DNA of 64,000 bases from Candidatus Eiseniibacteriota bacterium (lineage in GTDB: Bacteria > ARS69): positions 1-64,000 of the forward strand of contig JBQTGV010000036.1 of assembly GCA_052390515.1 (NCBI GenBank). Direction: 5' to 3'. This document shows, in pieces, positions 28,931 to 38,763 of the stretch (its first letter is position 1; each line of letters opens with the position of its first letter). A model generated the notes under the pieces. The model saw only the letters and a program-made list of their open reading frames with translations. It was not told the origin of the DNA and did not search any database. Both the position numbers and the translations under genes were made by a program.

Positions 28931-29326
28931 GTGTCCGCCAGAACTCCGTACCCGTACGAGACCCGGCTCGATGTGCTCCATCAGGCGCTCGAGAAGATCG
29001 ACGTGGGGAAGCTCGTCGAGGATTGCCGCTTCCCCTGGTACAACCAGACGCTCTGCCGGGTGAACGAGTCCGTCGTTCGCCTCGGCGTCGTGAAGGGCGA
29101 ATACCACTGGCACAAGCACGACGATGACGACGAGTTCTTCTACGTCGTCTCCGGCAGGTTCATCATCGACTTGGAAGGTGAATCGGTGACGCTGGATCCG
29201 CAGCAGGGATTCGTGGTGCCCAAGGGAGTGATGCACCGGCCCCGTGCGCCGGAGCGGACCGTGATCCTCATGGTGGAGACGGCCGGGATCGTGCCCACTG
29301 GATCCGGAGGCAGCGCCGGCACGTGA
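28931..29326 (+). CDS. Cupin domain protein
   Basis: GEYHWHKHDDDDEFF…VPKGVMHRP. Confidence 0.9.
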   Translation: MSARTPYPYETRLDVLHQALEKIDVGKLVEDCRFPWYNQTLCRVNESVVRLGVVKGEYHWHKHDDDDEFFYVVSGRFIIDLEGESVTLDPQQGFVVPKGVMHRPRAPERTVILMVETAGIVPTGSGGSAGT

Positions 29327-29664
29327 TGAGGAGATCGTGGCTCGCCGCCCCGACGGTCGTGGCCCTGGCGTCGGTGGCCTGGGGCACGGCACCGGCCGTC
29401 CAGCGGGCGACTCCCCCGACTTCGATCGTCCACGGTGAGCTCGACACGCTCACGCCGCTCGCGGGGCTACGGCGATACTGTGCCGCACTGACCGAGCTCG
29501 GGCAGCCCTGCGAGGTGCACGTGTATCCCGGTCTGGGGCACTTGCTCACCCGGCAGCTCGCCGACCGGGAGCGCGACTACGATCCGGATCCGGAGGCGCG
29601 TGCCGACGGAATTGCGGGGCCAAGCGGTGACGCGACGCCTGGGCGGCGCTCGGCGTCCGAGTAA
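29323..29664 (+). pseudogene. Alpha/beta hydrolase with large in-frame internal deletion
   Basis: Signal-like N-terminus joined to PPTSIVHGELDT…YPGLGH; no nucleophile motif. Confidence 0.6.
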
Positions 29665-29740
29665 ACTGGGTAGGTGATCCACGCCGTGCGCCGGCGGCGC
29701 GCGGGACCATGAACGGAGCACGAACCGACCGGGAGGTCTG

Positions 29741-30166
29741 ATGGACAAGCAGTCGCTCATCCAGCGTCTGAACGAGGATCTCGCGGGCGAGCTGTCCGCG
29801 ATCATCCAGTACCTGACGTACGCGGCGAAGGCTACAGGTCCCTACCGGCCGCAGCTCGCCCAGTTCTTCCTGGCCGAGGTGGCCGACGAGCAGCTTCACG
29901 CGCAGTACCTGGCGAACAAGATCGTCGCGCTGGAAGGCGAACCGACGACGGTGCCCCGGCCGGTGGCGGTGGCGCGCACCAACAGGGAGATGCTGCAGGC
30001 CGTGCTCGAGGCCGAGCGCCGCGCCACGAAGGACTACACGCAGCGCGCGCGGGAAGCCGAAGAGATCGGGGACAAGGGACTGGCCGTCCAGCTCGAGGAC
30101 ATGGTGCGCGACGAGAGCGGCCATTCCGAGGAGACCGAGCGGATTCTCCGCGACTGGCCGGTGTGA
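29741..30166 (+). CDS. Ferritin-like (bacterioferritin-like) protein
   Basis: ELSAIIQY, DEQLH, E…DESGH di-iron pattern. Confidence 0.85.
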   Translation: MDKQSLIQRLNEDLAGELSAIIQYLTYAAKATGPYRPQLAQFFLAEVADEQLHAQYLANKIVALEGEPTTVPRPVAVARTNREMLQAVLEAERRATKDYTQRAREAEEIGDKGLAVQLEDMVRDESGHSEETERILRDWPV

Positions 30167-30209
30167 GGGCTGCGGCCGACGCTCCGGCCCAGGTGTTTCT
30201 TCCGAGACT

Positions 30210-30953
30210 CTAGGAGGCCATGTCGCGCAGCGCCCGCGAGCCCGAGCGACTCGCCACGATCCGCTGCCCATCACGCAGGGTGACGGCGAGCCGCCGGTCG
30301 CCGTGATCGCGGATCGAGGCGATCTCGTCGAGGTTCACGATGTGCGAGCGATGGATCCGCAGGAAGCGCTCCGGATCGAGACGGGACTCGAGTTCGCCGA
30401 GCGTCACGTGCAGGAGGTGCGTGACCCCGCCAACATGGACCGTGACGTAGTCGTCGGCCGCCTCGATGTGCGAGACCCTTTCCAGCAGGATCGGAACGAT
30501 GCCGTCGGCGCGCCGGGCGAAGAGCCGCTTCAGCGGCCCGCTCCCGAGCGCGGCGCGCGCCCGCTCTCCAGCCGCGGCTTGGGCCCGGCCGCCCTCCGTC
30601 AGGCGCCGGCGCACGCGCTCGAGCGTCGTTCGGAACCGCTCCTCGCCGAACGGCTTGATCAGGTAGTCGATCGCCTCCAGCTCGAACGCCGCCACCGCGA
30701 AGCGGTCGTATGCCGTCGTGAACACGACGGCCGGGTCGTGCCGGATCGTCTGCAGCACCTCGAGTCCGGAAAGCTCCGGCAGCTTCACGTCCAGGAAGAC
30801 GAGGTCCGGCTCGAGCGCGTCGATCAGCTCCACCGCTTCGCGTCCGTCCGCCGCCTCGCCGACGCTCTCCAGCCAGTCGACCCCACGCACGTAATCGCCC
30901 AGCGTCTTCCGGGCGAGCGGCTCGTCTTCGACGATCACGACGCGTGTCTTCAC
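30210..30953 (-). CDS. LytTR family response regulator
   Basis: EDE…FLDV…TTAYD…KPF receiver; FLRIHRSHIVN LytTR domain. Confidence 0.95.
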   Translation of the reverse strand: MKTRVVIVEDEPLARKTLGDYVRGVDWLESVGEAADGREAVELIDALEPDLVFLDVKLPELSGLEVLQTIRHDPAVVFTTAYDRFAVAAFELEAIDYLIKPFGEERFRTTLERVRRRLTEGGRAQAAAGERARAALGSGPLKRLFARRADGIVPILLERVSHIEAADDYVTVHVGGVTHLLHVTLGELESRLDPERFLRIHRSHIVNLDEIASIRDHGDRRLAVTLRDGQRIVASRSGSRALRDMAS

Positions 30954-32038
30954 TCCCACCTCCTCGCCGGGATCCGGAGGCGAACGGCGAAGCCGGCGCC
31001 GGGGACTCTCCCGTCGACCACCATCTCGCCACGGTCCCCGTACAGAGCCTCGATCCGCTGGCGCACGAGGCGCAGTCCCATCCCCGCGCTCGAGCGGACG
31101 GCCTCCGCGTCCGCCCCCATGCCGTCGTCCTCCACGCGAAGCTCGACGTACCCTTCGTCGAGCCGTGCGCCGATCGCCAGCGTCCCTCCCCGGGCCTGCG
31201 GCGCTATCCCGTGCCGGACCGCGTTCTCCACCAGCGGCTGGAGGCAGAAGACCGGCACGACGCAGTCGAGAGCCTCCGCCCGTACGTCGATCCGCAGCCG
31301 TAGCCGGTCGCCGAGACGGAGCTGCTCGAGCGCGAGGTAGTCGCGGACGAACTTCCACTCCTCGGACAGGGGACCCTCGTCGCGCGTCTCCCGTTGCACG
31401 CGCAGCGAGTAACGCAGCAGATCCCCGAACTGCTCGAGCGCCTTCTCCGCGCGCGCCGCGTCTTCGCGCACCAGCGCGAGAAGCGTGTGCAGCGTGTTGA
31501 ACAGGAAGTGGGGGTTGAGCTGCGCGCGCAGCGCGGTGAGCTCCGCCTCGGCCTGCAGCGCGCGGGCGCGCGCGGAGCGCTCCTCCTCGGCGCGGAGCCT
31601 CGACTGGATCTCGGTGGTGTAGGTGACGCCGGCGATCGCGCAGTACACGATGACGGCGATGAGCAGCTGCCACAGCGCGATGGCCGGCACGAAGGCGTCG
31701 AAGTGGAGGGACCCGTTCCTCCAGGAGCCGAGCGCCACGAAGAGCGCGCTCTCGATCCCCGCAACGACGACGCCCCACGCCAGAGCGAGGGCGGCGTGGA
31801 CGGCGAAGAAGCGGCCGGGCGAATCCGGAGTCCAGCGCAGCCGGCGGCAGAGCCGCACCAGCGGAACGCCGAGAACGGCGGCGGGCGCGGTGTTGATCAG
31901 CGCGCCGAGCAGGACCCAGAGCAGCGGGTCCTGGCCGCTGGCGACGAACGCCAGGATGATGATCGCGAGGAAAGGCGCCCACGCGAGGGCGTACCAGGTC
32001 CAGAAGCGCGCGTGGCGGAGATCCATCTGCGCGGTCAT
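30950..32038 (-). CDS. LytS/YehU-type sensor histidine kinase
   Basis: N-terminal TM helices; QLNPHFLFNTL, LQPLVENAVRHG, DDGMG, GMGL. Confidence 0.95.
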   Translation of the reverse strand: MTAQMDLRHARFWTWYALAWAPFLAIIILAFVASGQDPLLWVLLGALINTAPAAVLGVPLVRLCRRLRWTPDSPGRFFAVHAALALAWGVVVAGIESALFVALGSWRNGSLHFDAFVPAIALWQLLIAVIVYCAIAGVTYTTEIQSRLRAEEERSARARALQAEAELTALRAQLNPHFLFNTLHTLLALVREDAARAEKALEQFGDLLRYSLRVQRETRDEGPLSEEWKFVRDYLALEQLRLGDRLRLRIDVRAEALDCVVPVFCLQPLVENAVRHGIAPQARGGTLAIGARLDEGYVELRVEDDGMGADAEAVRSSAGMGLRLVRQRIEALYGDRGEMVVDGRVPGAGFAVRLRIPARRWE

Positions 32039-32078
32039 TGTACGCGGCCCAGTGGCGAGGGAACAAGCGCGGCTCGGC

Positions 32079-33119
32079 TCACTCCAGGCCTGCGAGGAAC
32101 TCCGCGATCGCGCTGCCCACCTCCGCCGGCCGGTCGAACCAGAGGCACGCCCGCGAATCCGGGACGACGCGGCGGGTGAAGGGCGCGCCGCTGCCGATGC
32201 AGCCGTCCCAGCTGTCGTGGCAGAGGCTCTTCATGTAGTCGTTGTCGGGATCGTGGGCCGCGCCCTCCAGACCGGGCTCCAGCAGGAGCGTCGGCACGGC
32301 GAGGTCGCCCAGTTCCGCGCAGATGTCCTGCGCGTTGTACTCGCAGAGGTAACGCACCCAGACGTGCAGCTTCGGTGTGGCCGCTTCGCGCCACAGCCGC
32401 AGCCCGCGCACCGGATCGACGGCGTAGTCGCTCGGCAGGAAGTTGTTGTCGTCCCACGTCTCGCGGGTCACGGTCTTGAACCACAGCGGCGCCATGTACT
32501 TGTCTATGGAGATCAGTCGCCGTTCCGGCGTCGAGATCCAGGCTGCCCGTTCCGGATCGGTCGTCGTCATCCGCGCGGAACCCGCGAGCAACACCACCGC
32601 CGCCACTCGATCGGGGCGCGCCATCGCCAACCGCAGCGCGACTTGCGTGCCACCGATCCAGTGGCCGACGACGACGGCGTCTTCCATGTTCTCGCCGTCC
32701 ATCAGCCGCTCGATGGCGCCGAGCGCGGCGGTGGTCCAGGTCTGCTCGCCGAAGCTCGTCGTCTCCGACGGCGAACGCGGTGCCGGCGTTCCTCCGAAGC
32801 CGGGCAGCGTGACCGCGACCATCCGATAGTCGGAGGCATGGGCCTTCATGAACTCGGCGAACACGCCGCCGCTGAAGCCGAGCCCCGGCACGAGGATCAT
32901 CGCCCTGTCTCCCGTGCCTTGCCGGAGCACGCCGCCGAGCGTTCCGAGATCGGCGGTCTCGTAGCCCGGCGGATCGACCAGGTTGTTCAGGGCGGGATCC
33001 TGGATCATGATCCGGATGCACGCTTCCTGCCCGCGGGCGGTCCCGGCCGCGAGGACGGAAGCCAAGCAGGCCATCGCGGCCGTCCTCGTCAGCGATGCCA
33101 CGGTCCGAGTGTTCTTCAT
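32079..33119 (-). CDS. Secreted alpha/beta-hydrolase-fold protein, atypical active site
   Basis: Signal peptide, LVPGLG, TLPGFG; GHWIGG in place of GHSxGG. Confidence 0.75.
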   Translation of the reverse strand: MKNTRTVASLTRTAAMACLASVLAAGTARGQEACIRIMIQDPALNNLVDPPGYETADLGTLGGVLRQGTGDRAMILVPGLGFSGGVFAEFMKAHASDYRMVAVTLPGFGGTPAPRSPSETTSFGEQTWTTAALGAIERLMDGENMEDAVVVGHWIGGTQVALRLAMARPDRVAAVVLLAGSARMTTTDPERAAWISTPERRLISIDKYMAPLWFKTVTRETWDDNNFLPSDYAVDPVRGLRLWREAATPKLHVWVRYLCEYNAQDICAELGDLAVPTLLLEPGLEGAAHDPDNDYMKSLCHDSWDGCIGSGAPFTRRVVPDSRACLWFDRPAEVGSAIAEFLAGLE

Positions 33120-33183
33120 CGTCGCCTCCTCGATTCGCGCTCGGTCGATCTAACCGGCTCGCGGACGGCGGAGCCACTGCGGA

Positions 33184-33215
33184 TCGGCGAACGGGCCGTC
33201 GCGTCGGCGGACGGG
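33184..33215 (-). promoter_or_regulatory. Candidate LytTR direct-repeat boxes
   Basis: Minus strand CCCGTCCGCCGA and CCCGTTCGCCGA, 20-bp period, upstream of the hydrolase-HK-RR unit. Confidence 0.4.
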
Positions 33216-33355
33216 GAGGCCCTGAGCGGCCGCGGGCCTGAGCGGCCGCCACGCCGGGGCGAACGCGAGGAGACGCGGATGCCGCTTGTCCTCCGGGTAC
33301 GCGCGCGGGTACAACGTGGACCTTCCGCGCTCCGCGCTGCGATCGGGAGGCCGCC

Positions 33356-33880
33356 TTGCGCTTCAACGTCCTGAACAGGAAGGTTCACTACTGGATCAGC
33401 GCGTTCGTCGCAGTTCCGGTGATGGTCATCATCGCCAGCGGCCTGCTGCTCCAGATGAAGAAGCACTGGAGCTGGATTCAGCCCGAGGAGCAGCGGGGCA
33501 CCGGCACGTCACCGCAGGTCGACCTCGAGGAGATCCTCGCGGGCGTGCGCGACGTCCCAGAGCTCGGCGTCAGCGGATGGGATGACGTCAACCGGCTCGA
33601 CGTGCGGCCGGCACGAGGTCTGGCGAAAGTCTGGTTGCGGAGCGGGTGGGAAGTCCAGGTGGACCTGGGCACGGGTGAGGTGCTGCAGACGGCTTACCGG
33701 CGGTCGGACCTGATCGAGTCGATTCACGACGGCTCCTTCTTCGCCGGGAACGTGAGCAAGCTCGGCGTCTTCCTGCCGAGCGGCGCGGCGCTCCTGGTGA
33801 TGTGGGCGACGGGCATCTGGATGTTCTGGCTTCCGCTGTCGGCGAAGCGCAAGCGTCGTGCGGCGTCGTTGCGGCAGTGA
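33356..33880 (+). CDS. PepSY-associated TM helix protein
   Basis: RKVHYW…SGLLL…VDLGTGEVL…IHDGSFF…TGIWMF. Confidence 0.8.
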   Translation: MRFNVLNRKVHYWISAFVAVPVMVIIASGLLLQMKKHWSWIQPEEQRGTGTSPQVDLEEILAGVRDVPELGVSGWDDVNRLDVRPARGLAKVWLRSGWEVQVDLGTGEVLQTAYRRSDLIESIHDGSFFAGNVSKLGVFLPSGAALLVMWATGIWMFWLPLSAKRKRRAASLRQ

Positions 33881-33915
33881 CGGAGGAGCGGCCGGTGTCG
33901 CGAACCGAGAGGGTC

Positions 33916-34605
33916 ATGCGGTGCTTCGCCCTGGCCGCGGTGCTCGTGAGCGCGGCCGTCGCGTGCGCCTCGGATCCGCCGGCGCCGCGAAGCGTGACCT
34001 TCCCCACCGAGGACGGCGGGCTGATCCACGCCGACCTTTACGGCGAGGGGGTTCAGGGGGTGGTGCTCGCCCACGGTGGCCGCTTCGACAAGGGTAGCTG
34101 GGCGCCACAGGCGCGCCGGCTGGCGGACGCGGGATTCCTCGTGCTGGCCATCGACTTCCGCGGCTACGGTCTGTCGAGAGGCCCGGGCGATTCCGATCCG
34201 CTCGGCGCTCCGTTGCACCTCGACGTTCTCGCCGCCGTCCGCCACCTGCGCAGCGCCGGCGCGAGCACCATCGCCGTGGTGGGCGGGAGCATGGGAGGCA
34301 CCGCGGCCGCTCACGCCTCCATCGAATCGGAGCCGGGAGAGATCGACCGGGTCGTCCTCCTGGCGGGTGTCGCGCGGGACTCCCCCGACCGGATCAAGGG
34401 AAGGAAGCTGTTCATCGCGGCGCGCGGGGACACGACGGCGAGCGGCAAGCCGCGCCTCATCGGCATCCGCGAGCAGTTCGGGCTGGCTCCAGATCCGAAG
34501 GAGCTCGTGATCCTGGAGGGTTCGGCGCACGCGCAGTACCTCTTCGACACGGATCAAGGAGAGCGGCTGATGGCCGAGATCCAGCGCTTCCTGTCGGCGC
34601 CGTGA
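33916..34605 (+). CDS. Alpha/beta hydrolase, probable lipoprotein
   Basis: AVAC lipobox-like, LAHGG, DFRGYG, GGSMGG, SAHA. Confidence 0.85.
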   Translation: MRCFALAAVLVSAAVACASDPPAPRSVTFPTEDGGLIHADLYGEGVQGVVLAHGGRFDKGSWAPQARRLADAGFLVLAIDFRGYGLSRGPGDSDPLGAPLHLDVLAAVRHLRSAGASTIAVVGGSMGGTAAAHASIESEPGEIDRVVLLAGVARDSPDRIKGRKLFIAARGDTTASGKPRLIGIREQFGLAPDPKELVILEGSAHAQYLFDTDQGERLMAEIQRFLSAP

Positions 34606-35219
34606 AGTCGGTCGATCCCCGCGGCCCTGAGCGAGGGCGCTGCGAGGCGACCGGCCCGCCCCGGATCCGCCGCGCTGTCGCCGAGGACGCGGCTGCCCTC
34701 GCGGATCTAGCCGCGCGGACCCTTCGCGACGCCTATTCGCCGATCCACACCCCCGAGGAGCTGGCCACGCACATCGCCTCGAACTTCACGCTCCCGCAGA
34801 TGCTGGCGGCGATCGAGCATCCGGACTCGGCGACGTTTCTCGCTCTCGTCTCCGGCGAACCCGTAGGCTACGCGACGCTTCACGCCGGCCACCCGCCGCC
34901 GTGCGTCTTCGGACCTTCGCCGGTCGAGCTGGCCCGCATCTACCTCACGAAGGAGACGGTCGGGAAGGGCGCCGGGTCGGCGCTCCTGGAAGCCTGCCTC
35001 GACGAGGCACGGCGTCGGGGTCACGAGACGATGTGGCTCGGCGTCTGGGAAGAGAACGCACGAGCGATCGCGTTCTACGGAAAGTGGGGGTTCCGACGCG
35101 TCGGGACCCACGCGTACGTCTTCGGAGGGAACGAGTACGAGGACTTGGTCCTGGCGAGGTCCATCGCGGGCGGCAGGGCGGCCGGTGCGGCCTCGCCCAC
35201 GGAAGGATCGTCATCATGA
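34602..35219 (+). CDS. GNAT N-acetyltransferase (PaiA-like)
   Basis: ELARIY…GKGAG…WLGVWEENARAIAFY. Confidence 0.9.
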   Translation: MKSVDPRGPERGRCEATGPPRIRRAVAEDAAALADLAARTLRDAYSPIHTPEELATHIASNFTLPQMLAAIEHPDSATFLALVSGEPVGYATLHAGHPPPCVFGPSPVELARIYLTKETVGKGAGSALLEACLDEARRRGHETMWLGVWEENARAIAFYGKWGFRRVGTHAYVFGGNEYEDLVLARSIAGGRAAGAASPTEGSSS

Positions 35220-35326
35220 GAGTCGGAATCCTCCGGCCGCGCCTCGGCGGCTTCGCCGAAGCGGCGAAGCACGACGACTGGACCCACGCGTTCAAGCTGG
35301 TCCGCCGAGTCTCGCCGCGCCCGTAG
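35216..35326 (+). pseudogene. NADPH-dependent (F420-type) oxidoreductase remnant, in-frame deletion (36 aa)
   Basis: MRVGIL N-terminus fused to DDWTHAFKLVR C-terminus. Confidence 0.5.
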
Positions 35327-35359
35327 ACGCGCCCTCGCGGGCCGGCATACGCTCCGCCG

Positions 35360-36979
35360 ATGCGCGAGCATGTGACTCTGTTGCGACCCGACGCGCGGCC
35401 CGACGCACGTCCGCGGTCCGGACGGGGCGTCTCCTCGGCGCTTCCCGCGGATCTTCTCGAGCAGGTGCGGGGGCGAGTCCAGCTCCTCGCGCTGCTGCTG
35501 CTCATCGCGTTCGTGTTCGACCCGACGCTCTCGCTCGTCAACTGGATCGGAGCCAAGCTCACCGGGAGCACGCTGCCGCCCGACTTCGCCCTCGCGAGGC
35601 CGTTCGAGGCGGTCGACCTCGTCGCCGCGGCCGCCTCTCTCGGTCTGTGGTGGCTCGCCCGCCGCCGCGACGTGTCGCCGTCCCGCCTGCTCACCGTCGG
35701 TCTCGTCTACGAGGTCATCGTCTGCTTCGAGGTCGCGCTGTCGACGTTCTGGCAGCACTGGCTGCAGAACGGCCAGCTTCCGAACCTCACCTGGGTGCCG
35801 GTGGTGATCATCCTCTTCCCGCTGATCATGCCCGGGCCGCCGCGCCGCATGCTCGTCGCGGCGATTGCGGCAGGGGCCATGGCGCCGTGCGCGCTCTCGA
35901 TCCTGGAAGTCTCCGGGGCCGTGCCGGCCGGCGTGGAGGACTACGTGCGCACGTCGGTCCACTCCGGATTCGCGATCCTCTTCGCTCACCTCGGTGCGAG
36001 AGTCGTCTACGGGCTCGGCCGCGAGATCGCGGCGGCGCGCGAGCTGGGCAGCTACCGTCTGGAAGAGCGTCTGGGTCAGGGGGGCATGGGCGAGGTGTGG
36101 CGCGCGCGACACCGCATGCTGGCGCGGCCGGCGGCCATCAAGCTGATCCGCCCGATCGAGTCGGGCAACGGGCGGGTGGACGCCGCGTCGGACATCGCCC
36201 GGCGCTTCGAGCGGGAGGCGCAGACCATCGCCCGCCTCCGTTCGCCGCACACCGTGGACCTCTTCGACTTCGGCGTCGCGGAGGACGGAGCGTTCTACTA
36301 CGTGATGGAGCTGCTCGAAGGCGTGGACGCGGACACGCTGGTGCGGCGGTACGGTCCGGTTCCCCCCGAGCGCGCGATCTGGCTGCTCCGTCAGGTGTGT
36401 CACTCGCTCTCGGAGGCGGAGTCGTGCGGGCTCGTGCACCGTGACATCAAGCCCGCGAACATCTTCCTGTGCCGGTACGGTGAGGACTGCGACTTCGTCA
36501 AGGTGCTGGACTTCGGGCTGGTGAAGCCGCTCGACGACGCGGCGGCGCTCGAGACCGCCCTGACCCGCGAGAACGCGGTCCACGGCACGCCGGCGTTCAT
36601 GGCACCGGAGCAGGCGCTCGGGCGGAGCCGGCTCGACGGCCGCGCGGACATCTACGCGACGGGTTGCGTGGCGTACTGGCTGCTGACCGGGCAGCTCGTG
36701 TTCGACGGAGAGACTCCCATGGAGCTGCTGGCGAAGCACGTGCACACGCCGCCCACGCCGCCGTCCGCGTGCTCGGAGCTGCCCATCCCCGAGGCCTTGG
36801 ATCGCCTGGTGCTGACGTGTCTGGCGAAGGACCCGGCCGATCGCCCGCAGTCGGCGAGGGAGCTTTCACAGCGGCTCGGCGCGCTCGAGGGAGCGGACGG
36901 ATGGCCGGAGGCGCGGGCACGGGAGTGGTGGGCGAAGCACCGTCCCACCCCCGCAACGGGAAGCGGGGCAGGCGAGTAG
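35360..36979 (+). CDS. Membrane-anchored Hanks-type Ser/Thr kinase
   Basis: About 6 TM helices, then GQGGMGEVW, HRDIKPAN, DFG, FMAPE. Confidence 0.95.
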   Translation: MREHVTLLRPDARPDARPRSGRGVSSALPADLLEQVRGRVQLLALLLLIAFVFDPTLSLVNWIGAKLTGSTLPPDFALARPFEAVDLVAAAASLGLWWLARRRDVSPSRLLTVGLVYEVIVCFEVALSTFWQHWLQNGQLPNLTWVPVVIILFPLIMPGPPRRMLVAAIAAGAMAPCALSILEVSGAVPAGVEDYVRTSVHSGFAILFAHLGARVVYGLGREIAAARELGSYRLEERLGQGGMGEVWRARHRMLARPAAIKLIRPIESGNGRVDAASDIARRFEREAQTIARLRSPHTVDLFDFGVAEDGAFYYVMELLEGVDADTLVRRYGPVPPERAIWLLRQVCHSLSEAESCGLVHRDIKPANIFLCRYGEDCDFVKVLDFGLVKPLDDAAALETALTRENAVHGTPAFMAPEQALGRSRLDGRADIYATGCVAYWLLTGQLVFDGETPMELLAKHVHTPPTPPSACSELPIPEALDRLVLTCLAKDPADRPQSARELSQRLGALEGADGWPEARAREWWAKHRPTPATGSGAGE

Positions 36980-37061
36980 AGGGGCCGAGCATCCGCCGGG
37001 GCGGACGCTGCATCTCAGGACCAGCACGCCACCCCGGAAGGCGGCTCCAAGGAGGCACCCG

Positions 37062-37991
37062 ATGTCCATCCGACCCGTTCAACGCGAGATCAGCTCCCGG
37101 CCGACCGTCGAAGGGGCAGGCGTCAAGCTGCGCCGCGCCTTCGGCTTCGGCGAAACCGACGAGTTCGATCCGTTTCTCCTGTTCGACGACTTCCGCAACG
37201 ATCGCCCGGAGGATTACCTCGCCGGCTTCCCGTGGCACCCGCACCGCGGCATCGAGACGATCACCTACGTGCTCACCGGCGAGGTCGACCACGGCGACAG
37301 CCTCGGGAACAGCGGCACGCTCGGCGCCGGCGACGTCCAGTGGATGACGGCGGGCAGCGGGATTCTCCATCAGGAGATGCCTCGCGGGGACCAGCATGGG
37401 CGCATGCACGGCTTCCAGCTCTGGGCGAACCTGCCCTCCGCGCTGAAGATGACCACGCCGCGCTACCAGGACGTCTCTTCGCGGGACATTCCCGCGATCG
37501 TGGACGACGATGGCACGCGAGTCCGCGTCGTGTGCGGGAGCTTCTGGGGGAAGACGGGACCGGTGGACGGGATCGCGGCGGATCCGCGTTACCTCGACGT
37601 GTTCGTCCCGGCGGGGCTGCGCAAGACGCTTCCCGTGCAGACGACGCAGCACGCCTTCGCGTACGTCTTCGAGGGCAGCGGTACGTTCCGCGACGCCTCC
37701 GCCCCACGCGAGGTCCGCACCGACGGTGTGGGCGCGCCGGCCGCGGCGGCGACCGCGGACGCGGCGGCGGCGGTCCAGGGTGAGTCCGGGGACAGATCGC
37801 TCGTGCTCTTCGGGAACGGAGACGAGGTGACGGTGCGGGCGGGCGAGAAGGGGATCCGCTTCCTGCTCGTCTCCGGACGGCCGTTGGAGGAGCCGGTGGC
37901 CTGGTACGGGCCCATCGTGATGAACACGCACCGGGAGCTCGAGCAGGCCATCGCCGAGCTGCGGGCGGGGACGTTCATCAAGTCCCGATGA
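37062..37991 (+). CDS. Pirin family protein
   Basis: DPFLLFD, HPHRGIETITY, WMTAGSGILHQE, GPIVMN. Confidence 0.95.
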   Translation: MSIRPVQREISSRPTVEGAGVKLRRAFGFGETDEFDPFLLFDDFRNDRPEDYLAGFPWHPHRGIETITYVLTGEVDHGDSLGNSGTLGAGDVQWMTAGSGILHQEMPRGDQHGRMHGFQLWANLPSALKMTTPRYQDVSSRDIPAIVDDDGTRVRVVCGSFWGKTGPVDGIAADPRYLDVFVPAGLRKTLPVQTTQHAFAYVFEGSGTFRDASAPREVRTDGVGAPAAAATADAAAAVQGESGDRSLVLFGNGDEVTVRAGEKGIRFLLVSGRPLEEPVAWYGPIVMNTHRELEQAIAELRAGTFIKSR

Positions 37992-38479
37992 CGCAGGCGG
38001 GCGAGATCCGGATACGCTCCGGCACCGCGGGCGATCTGTCCTGGGTCGTGGAGGCGCTGACCCGCGAATGGGGCGGTCCCCGGATCGTGTCGCGCGGGTC
38101 GTGGTACCGCGCGGACGAGCTGCCGGCGCTCGTCGCCGAGCGTGACGGTCGCCGGGTCGGCCTCCTGACCTACCGTTTCGCCGAGGAAGAGCTCGAGGTC
38201 GTGACTCTGCAGGCTTTCGAGCCGAGGTCGGGCGTGGGAGCGGCTCTGCTTCGGGCCGCCCGGGACCTGGCGAGGAACGCGGGCTGCCGGCGTCTCTGGC
38301 TCGTGACCACGAACGACAACCACGGCGCCATCCGCTTCTACGAGGCGATGGGCATGCGTCTCCACGCGGTGCATCGCGGCGCGATGACCCGGGCACGCGA
38401 GATCAAGCCCACGATCCCGCTGCTCGGGCACGGCGGGATCCCGATCGAGGACGAGCACGAGTTCGAGCTCGTACCGTGA
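37988..38479 (+). CDS. GNAT N-acetyltransferase
   Basis: GVGAALL…LVTTNDN…FY…ARxIKP. Confidence 0.9.
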   Translation: MTQAGEIRIRSGTAGDLSWVVEALTREWGGPRIVSRGSWYRADELPALVAERDGRRVGLLTYRFAEEELEVVTLQAFEPRSGVGAALLRAARDLARNAGCRRLWLVTTNDNHGAIRFYEAMGMRLHAVHRGAMTRAREIKPTIPLLGHGGIPIEDEHEFELVP

Positions 38480-38763
38480 CTCCTTCTCCACGCGCACACG
38501 AAGCCGCAGTGCGCCGGATGGGAGGGCTGGTCGGCGCGAACGTGCTGCAACACGCTCTCGGACACCTCGAGACGATGCTTGACGCGGCGGAGAAACGGGA
38601 GATCCTCGCCGCAATCGACGACTTTCGCCGGGGTCTACTGCCGCTCGTCGTTCCGCTCACGCTCCTTCGCTACAACATCCGCCGCCACGGGGTCGAGTAC
38701 CTGTCGGGCCAGCTCTACTTCGATCCCCACCCGAAAGAGCTCATGCTCCGGAACCGGGTGTGA
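38476..38763 (+). CDS. Hypothetical protein, possibly a remnant
   Basis: Coupled by GTGA overlaps at both ends; no motif recognised. Confidence 0.45.
   Translation: MTPSPRAHEAAVRRMGGLVGANVLQHALGHLETMLDAAEKREILAAIDDFRRGLLPLVVPLTLLRYNIRRHGVEYLSGQLYFDPHPKELMLRNRV

Noticed and set aside
30210-32066. 618-aa ORF as a single protein
   Set aside because: Only the last 247 codons (from GTG 30953) are the LytTR regulator; the rest is an off-frame read of the kinase gene.
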